A stretch of DNA of 53,367 nucleotides. Source: Dehalococcoidia bacterium (GTDB lineage: Bacteria; Chloroflexota; Dehalococcoidia; DSTF01; JACRBR01). The stretch is from assembly GCA_041494685.1 (NCBI GenBank), contig JBGQBE010000019.1:1-53367 (forward strand), written 5' to 3'. Numbering within the stretch: position 1 is the first letter of the stretch; every line of letters starts with the position of its first letter. The position numbers were made by a program, and so were the translations under genes. The notes under the pieces are model-generated. The model was not told where the DNA came from, made no database searches, and was given only the letters and a program-made list of their open reading frames with translations. Positions 41,261-49,720 of the stretch are shown one piece after another.

Positions 41261-41362
41261 GAGGCCGACCAGGTCGCGGCGACAGTGAAGGACGGCGTGT
41301 GACCTGTCGTGCAGCGGCTGCAAGCCGTCGTCGGCAAGCAGATCGAAGTGAAGAGCGCCTAG
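41261..41362 (+). pseudogene. Remnant of an Hsp20/alpha-crystallin C-terminus
   Basis: Translates EADQVAATVKDGV*...GKQIEVKSA*, matching the A-x-x-x-D-G-V-L and I-x-V motifs. Confidence 0.5.
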
Positions 41363-41498
41363 CAGCGCACAGAAGCTTGTCCCTGGGTCGAGCCGCCGAA
41401 CACGCACCACCAGTTCCCCCTGGCTCGGAGACCTGTCCGGCGACTCGACCACCCCTCCGCTCGTCGATCGCCGGCGGCAGAGGCGGCGAGGAAACGTC

Positions 41499-41762
41499 AT
41501 GTCTCATAGGGCTACGCCGCGGCTACATATCGACACCGCGCGGTTCGCAAGGTCGCTGCAACCGCTCACGGCGCACGATGCACGACCGCGCGATCGGGCT
41601 CTGCTTCAGCGCGAGTACGTGCGCTGGGTGGCCGGATTCCGGACGCTCGAGGGGAAGGGTGCCGCGTTGCTTCAGCGAGCTGCCGCTCACCCGCGTCCGT
41701 TCCTGCACGCGGCCATTCTGGCGTTGGCGGCTGTCACGGCCGCCGTGGCGATCGGAGAGTGA
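41499..41762 (+). CDS. Small hypothetical protein with a hydrophobic C-terminus
   Basis: GAGG RBS; ends 1 bp before the next ORF. Confidence 0.5.
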   Translation: MSHRATPRLHIDTARFARSLQPLTAHDARPRDRALLQREYVRWVAGFRTLEGKGAALLQRAAAHPRPFLHAAILALAAVTAAVAIGE

Positions 41763-41763
41763 C

Positions 41764-41976
41764 ATGAAGCTGTTACTGAAGGGCTGCGCTCGATGCGGCG
41801 GCGATCTGTTCCCCGACAGCACGGAGCCGGAAGCCGCATCGTTTGCCTGTCTGCAATGCGGGTCTCAGCCGTACCGGCGCCTGCGATCCGCGGGCGCCGA
41901 ACGAGATGTTATGCGGGCGCGCAGACCGGAAGCAAGGAACGAACATGCCGATCGCACAAGTCGCGCCGCTGTTTGA
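41764..41976 (+). CDS. Small zinc-ribbon protein
   Basis: MKLLLKGCARCGGDL...CLQCG; GGAG RBS. Confidence 0.72.
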   Translation: MKLLLKGCARCGGDLFPDSTEPEAASFACLQCGSQPYRRLRSAGAERDVMRARRPEARNEHADRTSRAAV

Positions 41977-42012
41977 CTGTCGTCGCGGACGATCCAGAGC
42001 AACGCGCCGCAT

Positions 42013-43731
42013 TCAGTTCGCCGGACGTTCGTGAGAAGCGCGGGCGCGCGCGATCGTTCGACCCGAGTGCCGCGCTGGACGCCGCACGCGCGGCAGCTTC
42101 CGCAGCTCGCCCGCGCGCGCTACGGCCAGTGCGATGCCCGGGAGCTGCAAATCGCTGCCATACATGAGGTAACGCGGCTCCCACCGCGGTTGGAACTTCT
42201 CCTTGAACTCACGCAGCCCCGTGTATCGGAAGAGGAACGAGCCGCGGCGGTACAGCAGGCTCATCGCGCGCGCGGCCGGCGACCTGGGCGCGCTGACGTC
42301 GACTCCGCTGAACGGCGCTAGCCCGAGGTTCATGCCGTCGAATCCACGTGCGCTGAAGTACTGAATCAGTGAGATGTAGAGGAAGTCCGCGACTGCCTTC
42401 GGCTCGCTGCCATAACGGAGCATATCGAAGTTGCCATCCGGCGAGTTGTACGAAGGGATGATGTTGGCGAACGCGACAATCTTCTCGTCGGGTGCGCGCA
42501 CGAGCATGATGGGACAGTCCTGCAACATCGATTCATCGAACTGGCCGAGTGTGAAGGTGCGCTCACGGCGGCGGCCCTCGGCGAGCCACGCATCTGAGAT
42601 CTCTCGAAGCCGTTGGAGCAATTCCGCGGTGTGCGGCGGACCAACGACTTCCGTCCCGTAGCCTTCGCGCGCGAAGCGGTTCATCGTCGCGCGCAGATGC
42701 TTCGCGGGCGTACCGGAGAGCGTGAACTCCCCTACCGCGACGATCGCCTCCTCGCCGATCTTCAGCGGTTTGAGCCCGTGACGTGCGTACAAGTCGAGGT
42801 ATCGCGGCGTCGCCTGATGGAAGGCGTACGCCCATCCATCCAGTTCGCAGTGTTCATGGAACGCATCGAGCAGCCGCGGAAATTCGGATTCGTCGCCGAT
42901 CGGATCACCCATGACCACGGCCGTGTTGCCCACCACCTTGAACGCCAGCACCGCGTGGCCCGGCTCCGAGAAGAAATACGCCTTGTCGGGCAGCAGTGCG
43001 AAGTAGGCGATCGATGTCCGGCCGTAGCGCTCGAGCAGGGCCCGCACTCGATCGCGTTCAGCCCGCCCTGTGCTGATGCGATGGATGATGGGCTGCAGCA
43101 GCAGCGACACGCCGGCCACAGAGACGGTGAGGAACGCGACACGCACGGAATCCACAAACCAGGTGCCGTGCGGCGTCTTCGGCTGGGACTCGGTCGCGGG
43201 CACGATGAACAGCAGGCGCACGCTGTCGGCGATCGCCGTGCCGATGTGGATACGCTGGCTGAACTCCCGGTCGAGCAGCCACAGTCCCGCGACGCTGTAG
43301 ACAAACACCGCCGCGGTCCCGACGACCAGGACCCCGACGCCGAGTGCGAACCGAGGCGGGTCGCTGCGCGCCGGGAACTGTGTGCGGGCCCCGACAAGCA
43401 CCCCGGCGAGCATGACGCTCGCCAGCGTCCCCCAGAGATCGACATTCTTGAGCGGATGCGCCGCTGCGGACGCTCCGCAGCACGCGAGCGCGATCATCCA
43501 CGCCAGCCGTTTGCCGTGAAGCAGCCCCGGCACCGTCGTCAGCAGCAACAGGCCGACGACGATCAGCACGAAGCGGCTTCCGTTGATAACGCCCGTCTCG
43601 ACGACATCCTCGATCTGGCCGAATCCCGAGAACGGCGCGGGGAACGCCGTGAGAAACACGTCGAACAGCCCGAGCACCGTCGCGGCCAGCGCGATCAGGC
43701 GGCGCTCCGTGCGACTGTGAGGTTTCGTCAT
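42013..43731 (-). CDS. Aminoacyl-phosphatidylglycerol synthase catalytic part (MprF C-terminal / DUF2156)
   Basis: N-terminal TM segments; DKAYFFS; MGDPIG; LKIGEEA; ERTFTLG; NLGLAPF; GLREFKEKFQPRWEPRYL. Confidence 0.9.
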   Translation of the reverse strand: MTKPHSRTERRLIALAATVLGLFDVFLTAFPAPFSGFGQIEDVVETGVINGSRFVLIVVGLLLLTTVPGLLHGKRLAWMIALACCGASAAAHPLKNVDLWGTLASVMLAGVLVGARTQFPARSDPPRFALGVGVLVVGTAAVFVYSVAGLWLLDREFSQRIHIGTAIADSVRLLFIVPATESQPKTPHGTWFVDSVRVAFLTVSVAGVSLLLQPIIHRISTGRAERDRVRALLERYGRTSIAYFALLPDKAYFFSEPGHAVLAFKVVGNTAVVMGDPIGDESEFPRLLDAFHEHCELDGWAYAFHQATPRYLDLYARHGLKPLKIGEEAIVAVGEFTLSGTPAKHLRATMNRFAREGYGTEVVGPPHTAELLQRLREISDAWLAEGRRRERTFTLGQFDESMLQDCPIMLVRAPDEKIVAFANIIPSYNSPDGNFDMLRYGSEPKAVADFLYISLIQYFSARGFDGMNLGLAPFSGVDVSAPRSPAARAMSLLYRRGSFLFRYTGLREFKEKFQPRWEPRYLMYGSDLQLPGIALAVARAGELRKLPRVRRPARHSGRTIARARASHERPAN

Positions 43732-44774
43732 GGCGTCGCCGTGTTCGCTCTCGGCTCGTGCACGAACCGCAGCGCGATCGCTCCCAGGACCAGGGGGATC
43801 CAGAATTCGTAGAGGCGATAGAGCAATGCGACCGCGATCGCCGAGTGGCGGTCGACGCCGAACGAGACGAGAAGCAGGCCGAGGGACGCCTCCACGAATC
43901 CGATGCCGCCCGGCGTCACGGCCACCATCGCGAACAGGAACGACATTGCGTAGCCGGCGAGCGCCATCTCGAACCGCACCTCGACATGCAGCGACCGCGC
44001 GACGACGTACAGCGTTGCCACACTGACCATCTCGACCAGCATGGCATGCCCGAACGGCACGATGTATGCCGCGGGGTTGCGCTTCACGTGCGCGACCGCG
44101 TCATACAGTTCGTTGACCGTCTTGATCGCCGTCGCTCGTTCTACGAACGGATCCCGGCGTAGCAGGTGGGCGATCACGTTAAGGGGCCGCGCCACGAGCA
44201 GGTACATTCGCTCGAGCGCAGCTTCGCTGCGAAGTCCGGCCGCCATGATGACGGCGCTCACCACAACGATGACGAGCATCGTGATCGATGCCGCCACCTC
44301 CGCTGTCTGCAGCGAGCCGCGCAGGTAGAGCAGGATCAGCGCCGTGATCAGCACGGTGAAGTACGCCATGTAGCCCAGCACGTACGCGGTGAGGTACGCC
44401 GCGGTGATGCGCGCCGACGACTCACCGAAGCGCCGTCCCTCGCGGAGGTAGAGGGCAATGCCACCGAGCCCGCCGCTCTTGGAGATGATGTTCACGAAGT
44501 GCGAGGCCGACGTCAGGAGAATAAAGCGTCCATGCGTTGCCTGGACGCGGCTTGCCCGGAACGTCGAGGTGTAGAACAGCGCCAGGTTCAGGACGAAGAC
44601 AACCTCGATCCCAATCGCCGCCGCAAGGTACCGCCGGTCGGCCGCCTGGATCGCGCGCCAGATCTGCCGGAGCTCGCCGATGTTCGTCGCGATGCCGAAG
44701 GCCATGACGGCCAGCATCACGATCCAGAAGATCCGCGCGATCGGTACGTGGCCGCGTGTTGCCGTCGTCCGCAC
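43728..44774 (-). CDS. Lysylphosphatidylglycerol synthase TM (MprF flippase-like) protein
   Basis: Polytopic; TPGGIGFVEAS; ALLYRLYEFWIP. ATGA-coupled to the DUF2156 gene. Confidence 0.87.
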   Translation of the reverse strand: MRTTATRGHVPIARIFWIVMLAVMAFGIATNIGELRQIWRAIQAADRRYLAAAIGIEVVFVLNLALFYTSTFRASRVQATHGRFILLTSASHFVNIISKSGGLGGIALYLREGRRFGESSARITAAYLTAYVLGYMAYFTVLITALILLYLRGSLQTAEVAASITMLVIVVVSAVIMAAGLRSEAALERMYLLVARPLNVIAHLLRRDPFVERATAIKTVNELYDAVAHVKRNPAAYIVPFGHAMLVEMVSVATLYVVARSLHVEVRFEMALAGYAMSFLFAMVAVTPGGIGFVEASLGLLLVSFGVDRHSAIAVALLYRLYEFWIPLVLGAIALRFVHEPRANTATP

Positions 44775-44979
44775 CTCGATCCTCCTGTCCCGCGCGATCC
44801 GTCGCCGGCCAGACGTCTCATGGTGGAATCAGGCAAGACCGCACGTCAATCAGCCATTCGGGCCGATCTTCTGGGACGCGAGCCTACGGAGCGGCGAGTG
44901 TCCCGGCTCTCACCCCGTCGTCGGCAGCGCCTGCTTGATCCGCGGCGATGACCCGCACGGGGCGGCGTACCTGCGCGAG

Positions 44980-45081
44980 CGGGCAATCGGGGCGCCCGTC
45001 ATCTCCTTCGAGTGGACGTCGCAGACGAAAGGACACGTACCCGGCGCGACGGTGAGTGCGCCGATGGTGTTCGGTCGGGCG
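44980..45081 (-). pseudogene. Remnant of a cupredoxin (blue-copper) domain C-terminus
   Basis: Translates LTVAPGTCPFVCDVHSKEMTG, with type-1 copper C-x2-H-x3-M spacing; no start codon or N-terminal half visible. Confidence 0.5.
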
Positions 45082-45130
45082 TTGTGCGACCCACGTGGCC
45101 CCCGTGTCTCTGGCCGAGCCGGCTTGTCTC

Positions 45131-46360
45131 CTAATACCTGAGGATCGCGGCCGCGCCGTGCGAGCGCAGCAGTTCGGCGGCCTCGCCGCGCACGAACTCC
45201 ACCTCCGCGTCTGTCGCCATCGCCAGACGCGCCGCCTGTGCCGCCAGATCGTCGATCACCCACACGGGCTCGTCGCAGAGCGGGCACAGCTCGGTGTGCC
45301 GCTTGGCGACAAAGTGGCCCTCGGGGCACGCGTAGCCACTGGCGGTCTCGCCCTCGATCAACACCAGCCGGTGCACGCGGCCCTCGCCGAGCGCGGCGAG
45401 CGTGCCGTCCCAGCCGGTGACCGCGAGTTGGCCCTTCGGAGCGCGCTCCAGGATGTCCGACACCAGCGCGGCCTCGTGGGTGCGCTCCGCCTGCTCCTCG
45501 ATGCCGCGAACACGGTCGACGAGCTCGGCATCGGACGCGTACCACTCGCCCCCAAACTCTCCGACGACCCTCGCGGCGAGCGAACGGGGCAACATCGGCC
45601 GTAGGGCTGACACCGCCTCCGGGGGACCACCGATGATCAGCCGATCGAAGGTCCGGTGACGGCTCAGCCGCCACAACTCGTCGATGACCCGCTGCAGATG
45701 CAGATGCACATGGTATTCGAGGTGGCGGACGTACGCGGCCTGGGAGCTGTGAACTCGGCCCGGGCCCATCTCCGCGATGTTCCCGCGGCCCCGCGGCGCA
45801 GGCGCCGTTGCCCAATCACCGCCGCCGGGGCGCCCCGGCAGCGGATCGGCGAACTCGCTCCGCTGTTCGATGCGTCCCATCCAGACCGTGAGGAAACGGG
45901 CGCGCTCCTTGTCCACGAGCGCAACACAGTAGCGCTCGTGTTCGTCGAGCGCGGCGATGAGAGGCAAGAGGTAGGCGCGTGGCCAGAATCGCGCGCCGGT
46001 GAGCACGGGCACGTCGAGGGCGACGGGCAAGAACGTGTCCAGCGCCAGCGAGCTGAAGATGGCGACCGAGCGCCCCGGCGCCACATCCCAGCTGCGGACG
46101 TAGGCGTTCACGCGATCGATCTCCTGTTCGAGTCGCACGGCCAGGTCCGTGTCGCGTACCTGCGCGCGTACCGGCTTCCACAGGTCAAGAAGCGCAGCTT
46201 CGAACCCCTCGCGCTGCATCTCGGACGGTTCTACGTCGAGGTACACGCTGAGCACGCCATCACGCGCCTCGAGGCGCGTGACGCGATCCAGAGTGTCGGG
46301 CTGGAACGTCAGCGCCGGATAAGTGTCGAGCGAGATGACGCCGCCGTCGTTGTGTGGCAT
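45131..46360 (-). CDS. Bacterial aRF1/eRF1-like release factor (baeRF type) with C-terminal zinc ribbon
   Basis: VLSVYLDV; PRAYLLPL; ALVDKERARF; SQAAYVRH; LIIGGP; AVTGWDGTLAALGEGRVHRL; CPEGH...CPLC; GAAAILRY end. Confidence 0.87.
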   Translation of the reverse strand: MPHNDGGVISLDTYPALTFQPDTLDRVTRLEARDGVLSVYLDVEPSEMQREGFEAALLDLWKPVRAQVRDTDLAVRLEQEIDRVNAYVRSWDVAPGRSVAIFSSLALDTFLPVALDVPVLTGARFWPRAYLLPLIAALDEHERYCVALVDKERARFLTVWMGRIEQRSEFADPLPGRPGGGDWATAPAPRGRGNIAEMGPGRVHSSQAAYVRHLEYHVHLHLQRVIDELWRLSRHRTFDRLIIGGPPEAVSALRPMLPRSLAARVVGEFGGEWYASDAELVDRVRGIEEQAERTHEAALVSDILERAPKGQLAVTGWDGTLAALGEGRVHRLVLIEGETASGYACPEGHFVAKRHTELCPLCDEPVWVIDDLAAQAARLAMATDAEVEFVRGEAAELLRSHGAAAILRY

Positions 46361-46795
46361 ACGCCCCCCTTGTGGAACGAGAATGGAAGTTCAACTCCGC
46401 GCGCATCGCGTACGAACCAGTCTATGCCGTGAGGCGACGCACGGGAACCTGCTGTCCGGCCTGACTCTGCGCGACGAACGTCGCGCCGTAGAGCCGAAGG
46501 CCGGTGGCGCCATCTCGGCCGGCGCCGGAGTGCGCATCCGCCAGATACAACAAAGCTCCGGGCCATCGCCCAGAGCTTCTTCCGGCTATTCTATTTTCCT
46601 GATCTGCCGGCGCCCTTCGTCTTGACTCGCTACCGGTTCATTCCGAACCGAGGGGGCGTCGCCACTTCCGTCTCCGGAGGGTCCTCCGCCCGCAGTCCGC
46701 GCCTTCGAGCGTTTCCTTTTCAGCGAGTTACGGGTCGGGGCGCCGGGTTCGTCCGGGACCTACCCATTACGCTCCTCGTACCTCCTTCCACTACT

Positions 46796-46804
46796 ATTAT
46801 ACCA
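46796..46804 (-). promoter_or_regulatory. Extended -10 promoter TGGTATAAT just downstream of the rtcB stop
   Basis: Perfect TGnTATAAT in a GC-rich genome, followed by AAGGAGG. Confidence 0.55.
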
Positions 46805-46810
46805 CCGCCG

Positions 46811-48268
46811 TCAACCCTTGATCACGCCGAGCGGCCGCATCTTCGCGACGTTCCGCGAGATGCCTGCGCGTTCGAGCACGTCGACGACGGTGGCGACGTC
46901 CTTGTACGCTTCGCTCGCCTCTTCAGCGAGCGCGGCGCGGTTGTGGCACCGGACGACAATGCCGGAGTCGGCGAGGCGCCGCGCCACATCGACGCCCTTG
47001 AGCAGGCGCTTCGCGGCGTGGCGGCTGCATACGCGGCCGGCTCCGTGGCACGCCGACCCCCACGTCTCCTCCATCGCCCGCTGCTGGCCGACCGCCAGGA
47101 ACGAGTAGCGTCCCATGTCGCCGGGAACGAGCACCGGCTGCCCGATGTCGCGGTAGCGTTCCGGCACGTCGGGATGGCCGGCCGGGAAGGCGCGCGTCGC
47201 GCCCTTGCGGTGCACGCACAGCTCGATTTCGGCGCCTTCGAATCGATGCTGCTCGATCTTGGCCATGTTGTGCGCGACGTCGTACAAGAGGCGCATACCC
47301 ATCTCCTCGGCCGTACGGTGGAAGACGTGCTCGAACGAGCGGCGCACCCAGTACGTGATGTACTGCCGGTTCGCCCACGCGAAGTTCGCGGCCGCCGCCA
47401 TCGCCGCGAGATAGCGCTGCCCTTCGTCCGACCGGATGGGCGCGCACGCGAGCTGCTTATCGGGCAACTGGATGTCGTAGCGGGCGGCGGCGACCTCCAT
47501 CACGGCGAGATAGTCCTGGCACACCTGGTGCCCGAAGCCGCGCGAGCCGCAGTGGAGGAAGACGACGACCTGACCCGGCGCGCTGATGTCGAACCGCGCC
47601 GCAACCGCCGGATCGTACACGGTGTCGACAACTTGCACTTCCAGGAAGTGGTTGCCGGCGCCGAGCGTCCCGAGCTGGGCCGAGCCGCGCCGACGCGCGC
47701 GGGCGCTGACGGCGGCGGGGTCCGCGCCTGCCAGGCAGCCGCCGTTCTCCGTCACCTCCAGGTCGTCGCGCCAGCCGTATCCCCGCTCGACCATCCACGC
47801 CGATCCGCGCACCATGACCTCGTCGAGCTCGGCATCGGTGAGTGCGAGCGGCCCGGTTGCGCCGAGGCCCGCCGGCACGTCGCGGAACAACTGGTTGACC
47901 AGATCGGTGATCCTCGGCGCGACGTCGCGCTCGGTCAACGTCGTCGTGATGAGGCGCGTGCCGCAGTTGATGTCGAATCCGACGCCGCCCGGCGAGACCA
48001 CGCCGTCATCGACACGCATCGCTGCGACGCCGCCGATCGGAAACCCGTAGCCCCAGTGGATGTCCGGCATCGCCAGCGAGCGCCAGACGATGCCGGGCAG
48101 CGTGGCGACATTCGCCACCTGCTCGAGCGCCTGCTCTTCCTCGAGGATGGCGAGGAGCGCTTCGTCGGCGTAGATGCGCGCGGGAACGCGCATGCCGGGC
48201 TTGTAGTCGACCGGCAGCTCCCAGCGATACGCATCGACGCGCTGGAGGACGTGGCGCCAGTCGGTCAT
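46811..48268 (-). CDS. rtcB: RNA-splicing/repair ligase RtcB (archaeal/eukaryotic-type length)
   Basis: MPDIHWGYGFPIGGV; GFDINCG; GAGNHF; YDVAHN; HRKGATRAF; HGAGR; EEASEAYKDV; C-terminal IKG. Confidence 0.97.
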   Translation of the reverse strand: MTDWRHVLQRVDAYRWELPVDYKPGMRVPARIYADEALLAILEEEQALEQVANVATLPGIVWRSLAMPDIHWGYGFPIGGVAAMRVDDGVVSPGGVGFDINCGTRLITTTLTERDVAPRITDLVNQLFRDVPAGLGATGPLALTDAELDEVMVRGSAWMVERGYGWRDDLEVTENGGCLAGADPAAVSARARRRGSAQLGTLGAGNHFLEVQVVDTVYDPAVAARFDISAPGQVVVFLHCGSRGFGHQVCQDYLAVMEVAAARYDIQLPDKQLACAPIRSDEGQRYLAAMAAAANFAWANRQYITYWVRRSFEHVFHRTAEEMGMRLLYDVAHNMAKIEQHRFEGAEIELCVHRKGATRAFPAGHPDVPERYRDIGQPVLVPGDMGRYSFLAVGQQRAMEETWGSACHGAGRVCSRHAAKRLLKGVDVARRLADSGIVVRCHNRAALAEEASEAYKDVATVVDVLERAGISRNVAKMRPLGVIKG

Positions 48269-48278
48269 CGTTGCGCTC

Positions 48279-48698
48279 CTACAGATCGAAGAGGACGCGG
48301 GCGCGGAATCCACCGTCCTCCGGTACGACCTCCATCATGTGACGCGTGACGCCTTTGACCATGCCGCCCAGTTCATGGCGCCCGGGGTCCAGCGCTTCGC
48401 CGTACGCGCGGGCGCGGAGCGTTGTGCCCCGCACCTCGACATCGAACCGGCGGAAGACGAGGCCCTCCGTCTCGGTCACGAACAGCAGCTCCAGCAGCCA
48501 GTTCGTGAGCAGCCGTTCGAGATCCTCTCCCGAAGCGGCGACCTCTCGCGCCTCAGCTTCATAGACACCCCCGAGATCGACCATGAGCGCATACATCCCT
48601 TCCGCGGCGTGGGCGAACGTCTCCGCCAACGTGCTGCCATGGGCAACGATGCCGGCGTCGGCCGTGTGCTCGAGCATCTCGAAGTGCGGTCGCGGCAG
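48279..48698 (-). CDS. Archease
   Basis: FEMLEHTAD; VKGVTRH; C-terminal VLFDL. Start is either CTG at 48698 (after AGGAGG) or ATG at 48677. Confidence 0.92.
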   Translation of the reverse strand: MPRPHFEMLEHTADAGIVAHGSTLAETFAHAAEGMYALMVDLGGVYEAEAREVAASGEDLERLLTNWLLELLFVTETEGLVFRRFDVEVRGTTLRARAYGEALDPGRHELGGMVKGVTRHMMEVVPEDGGFRARVLFDL

Positions 48699-48870
48699 AT
48701 GCCACCCTCCTGTGCCGATGATGCGCTGTGAGGCAGCGGTCTCAGCGAGCCGACCGCGCCGTCCGTGCTGGCGTGAACATCAAACGTAGCCGCAACGCGC
48801 GCAGAAGGTCAGTGCCGATCGGTCCCCGAAACCCTCGCCCACCGGCCCTAACGGGCGCGCACATACGGTG

Positions 48871-48934
48871 CGTCGCCGACATGCACCTGTTCGTGCGCGA
48901 GACGCGCGCCCTTGGCTACGACGCCATCGAGATC
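48871..48934 (+). repeat. Direct repeat of the 5' part of the isomerase gene (other copy at 49761-49824)
   Basis: CGTCGCSGACATGCACCTGTTCGTGCGCGAGACGCGCGCSCTYGGCTACGACGCCATCGAGATC occurs twice with 3 differences. Confidence 0.92.
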
Positions 48935-49047
48935 GCGCACTCGCTGGCGGCGGACCCGTCCGGGGGTGGCCGCTGTGCCATCCGGCGTGCCGATTCCGGA
49001 GTAGCGCGCCCGCCAACGGGGGATTGTGAATCAGATATAGTTCGGGC

Positions 49048-49371
49048 ATGGACGATATCCTCGCCCGCCTGCACGTCACGGACGACCAGATCGGCGCGTT
49101 CTGCCGGAAATGGGAGATCGTGCGGTTCGAGTTGTTCGGGTCCGCGCTGCGTGACGACTTCGACGAACGGAGCGACGTCGATGTGCTGGTGACGTTCGCA
49201 CCGGACGCGAAGCCCCGCCGAATCGCGCATTACCTCGACATGGAAGAAGAACTGGTCACCCTGTTTGGGCGGCCTGTGGATCTCATCGAGCGGCGGTTGG
49301 TGGAATCGAGCCCGAATTGGATCCGGCGGCGTCACATCCTGGGGTCTGCGCGCGCGGTGTATGCAGCCTGA
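49048..49371 (+). CDS. mntA: Minimal nucleotidyltransferase (MNT) antitoxin
   Basis: LFGSALRDDFDERSDVDVLV (GS-x10-DxD); FGRPVDL. Confidence 0.9.
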   Translation: MDDILARLHVTDDQIGAFCRKWEIVRFELFGSALRDDFDERSDVDVLVTFAPDAKPRRIAHYLDMEEELVTLFGRPVDLIERRLVESSPNWIRRRHILGSARAVYAA

Positions 49372-49720
49372 CGACGAAGCGCTGCTTGCCGACATCTTCA
49401 TCGCCGCCCGGCGGGTGCAGTCGTTCATGTCAGGGCGCTCGCGTGAGGACCTCGACGAGGACTATCAGCTACAGTTTGCGGTCCAGAAGGGCATCGAGAT
49501 CATCGGCGAAGCCGCCGGACGGCTGACGGAAGCCGCGAGGACGCGCAGCCAGGGTGTCCCGTGGCGGGACATCATCGGCATGCGGCATCGGCTTGTGCAC
49601 GACTACGGCAGAGTTGACCTCGATGTGGTGTGGGAGGTGGTTGAGAGCGATATTCCGCTTCTGATCGCCGTGATTGCGCCGTTACTGCCTTCGCCGGAAC
49701 CGCCGGAGGAACCCGCATGA
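49361..49720 (+). CDS. hepT: HEPN (DUF86) ribonuclease toxin
   Basis: IEIIGEAA; PWRDIIGMRHRLVHDY (R-x4-H-x-Y); overlaps the MNT gene. Confidence 0.9.
   Translation: MQPDDEALLADIFIAARRVQSFMSGRSREDLDEDYQLQFAVQKGIEIIGEAAGRLTEAARTRSQGVPWRDIIGMRHRLVHDYGRVDLDVVWEVVESDIPLLIAVIAPLLPSPEPPEEPA

Noticed and set aside
49024..49041. Rex operator (TTGTGAA half-site) before the MNT gene
   Set aside because: The second half-site is missing.
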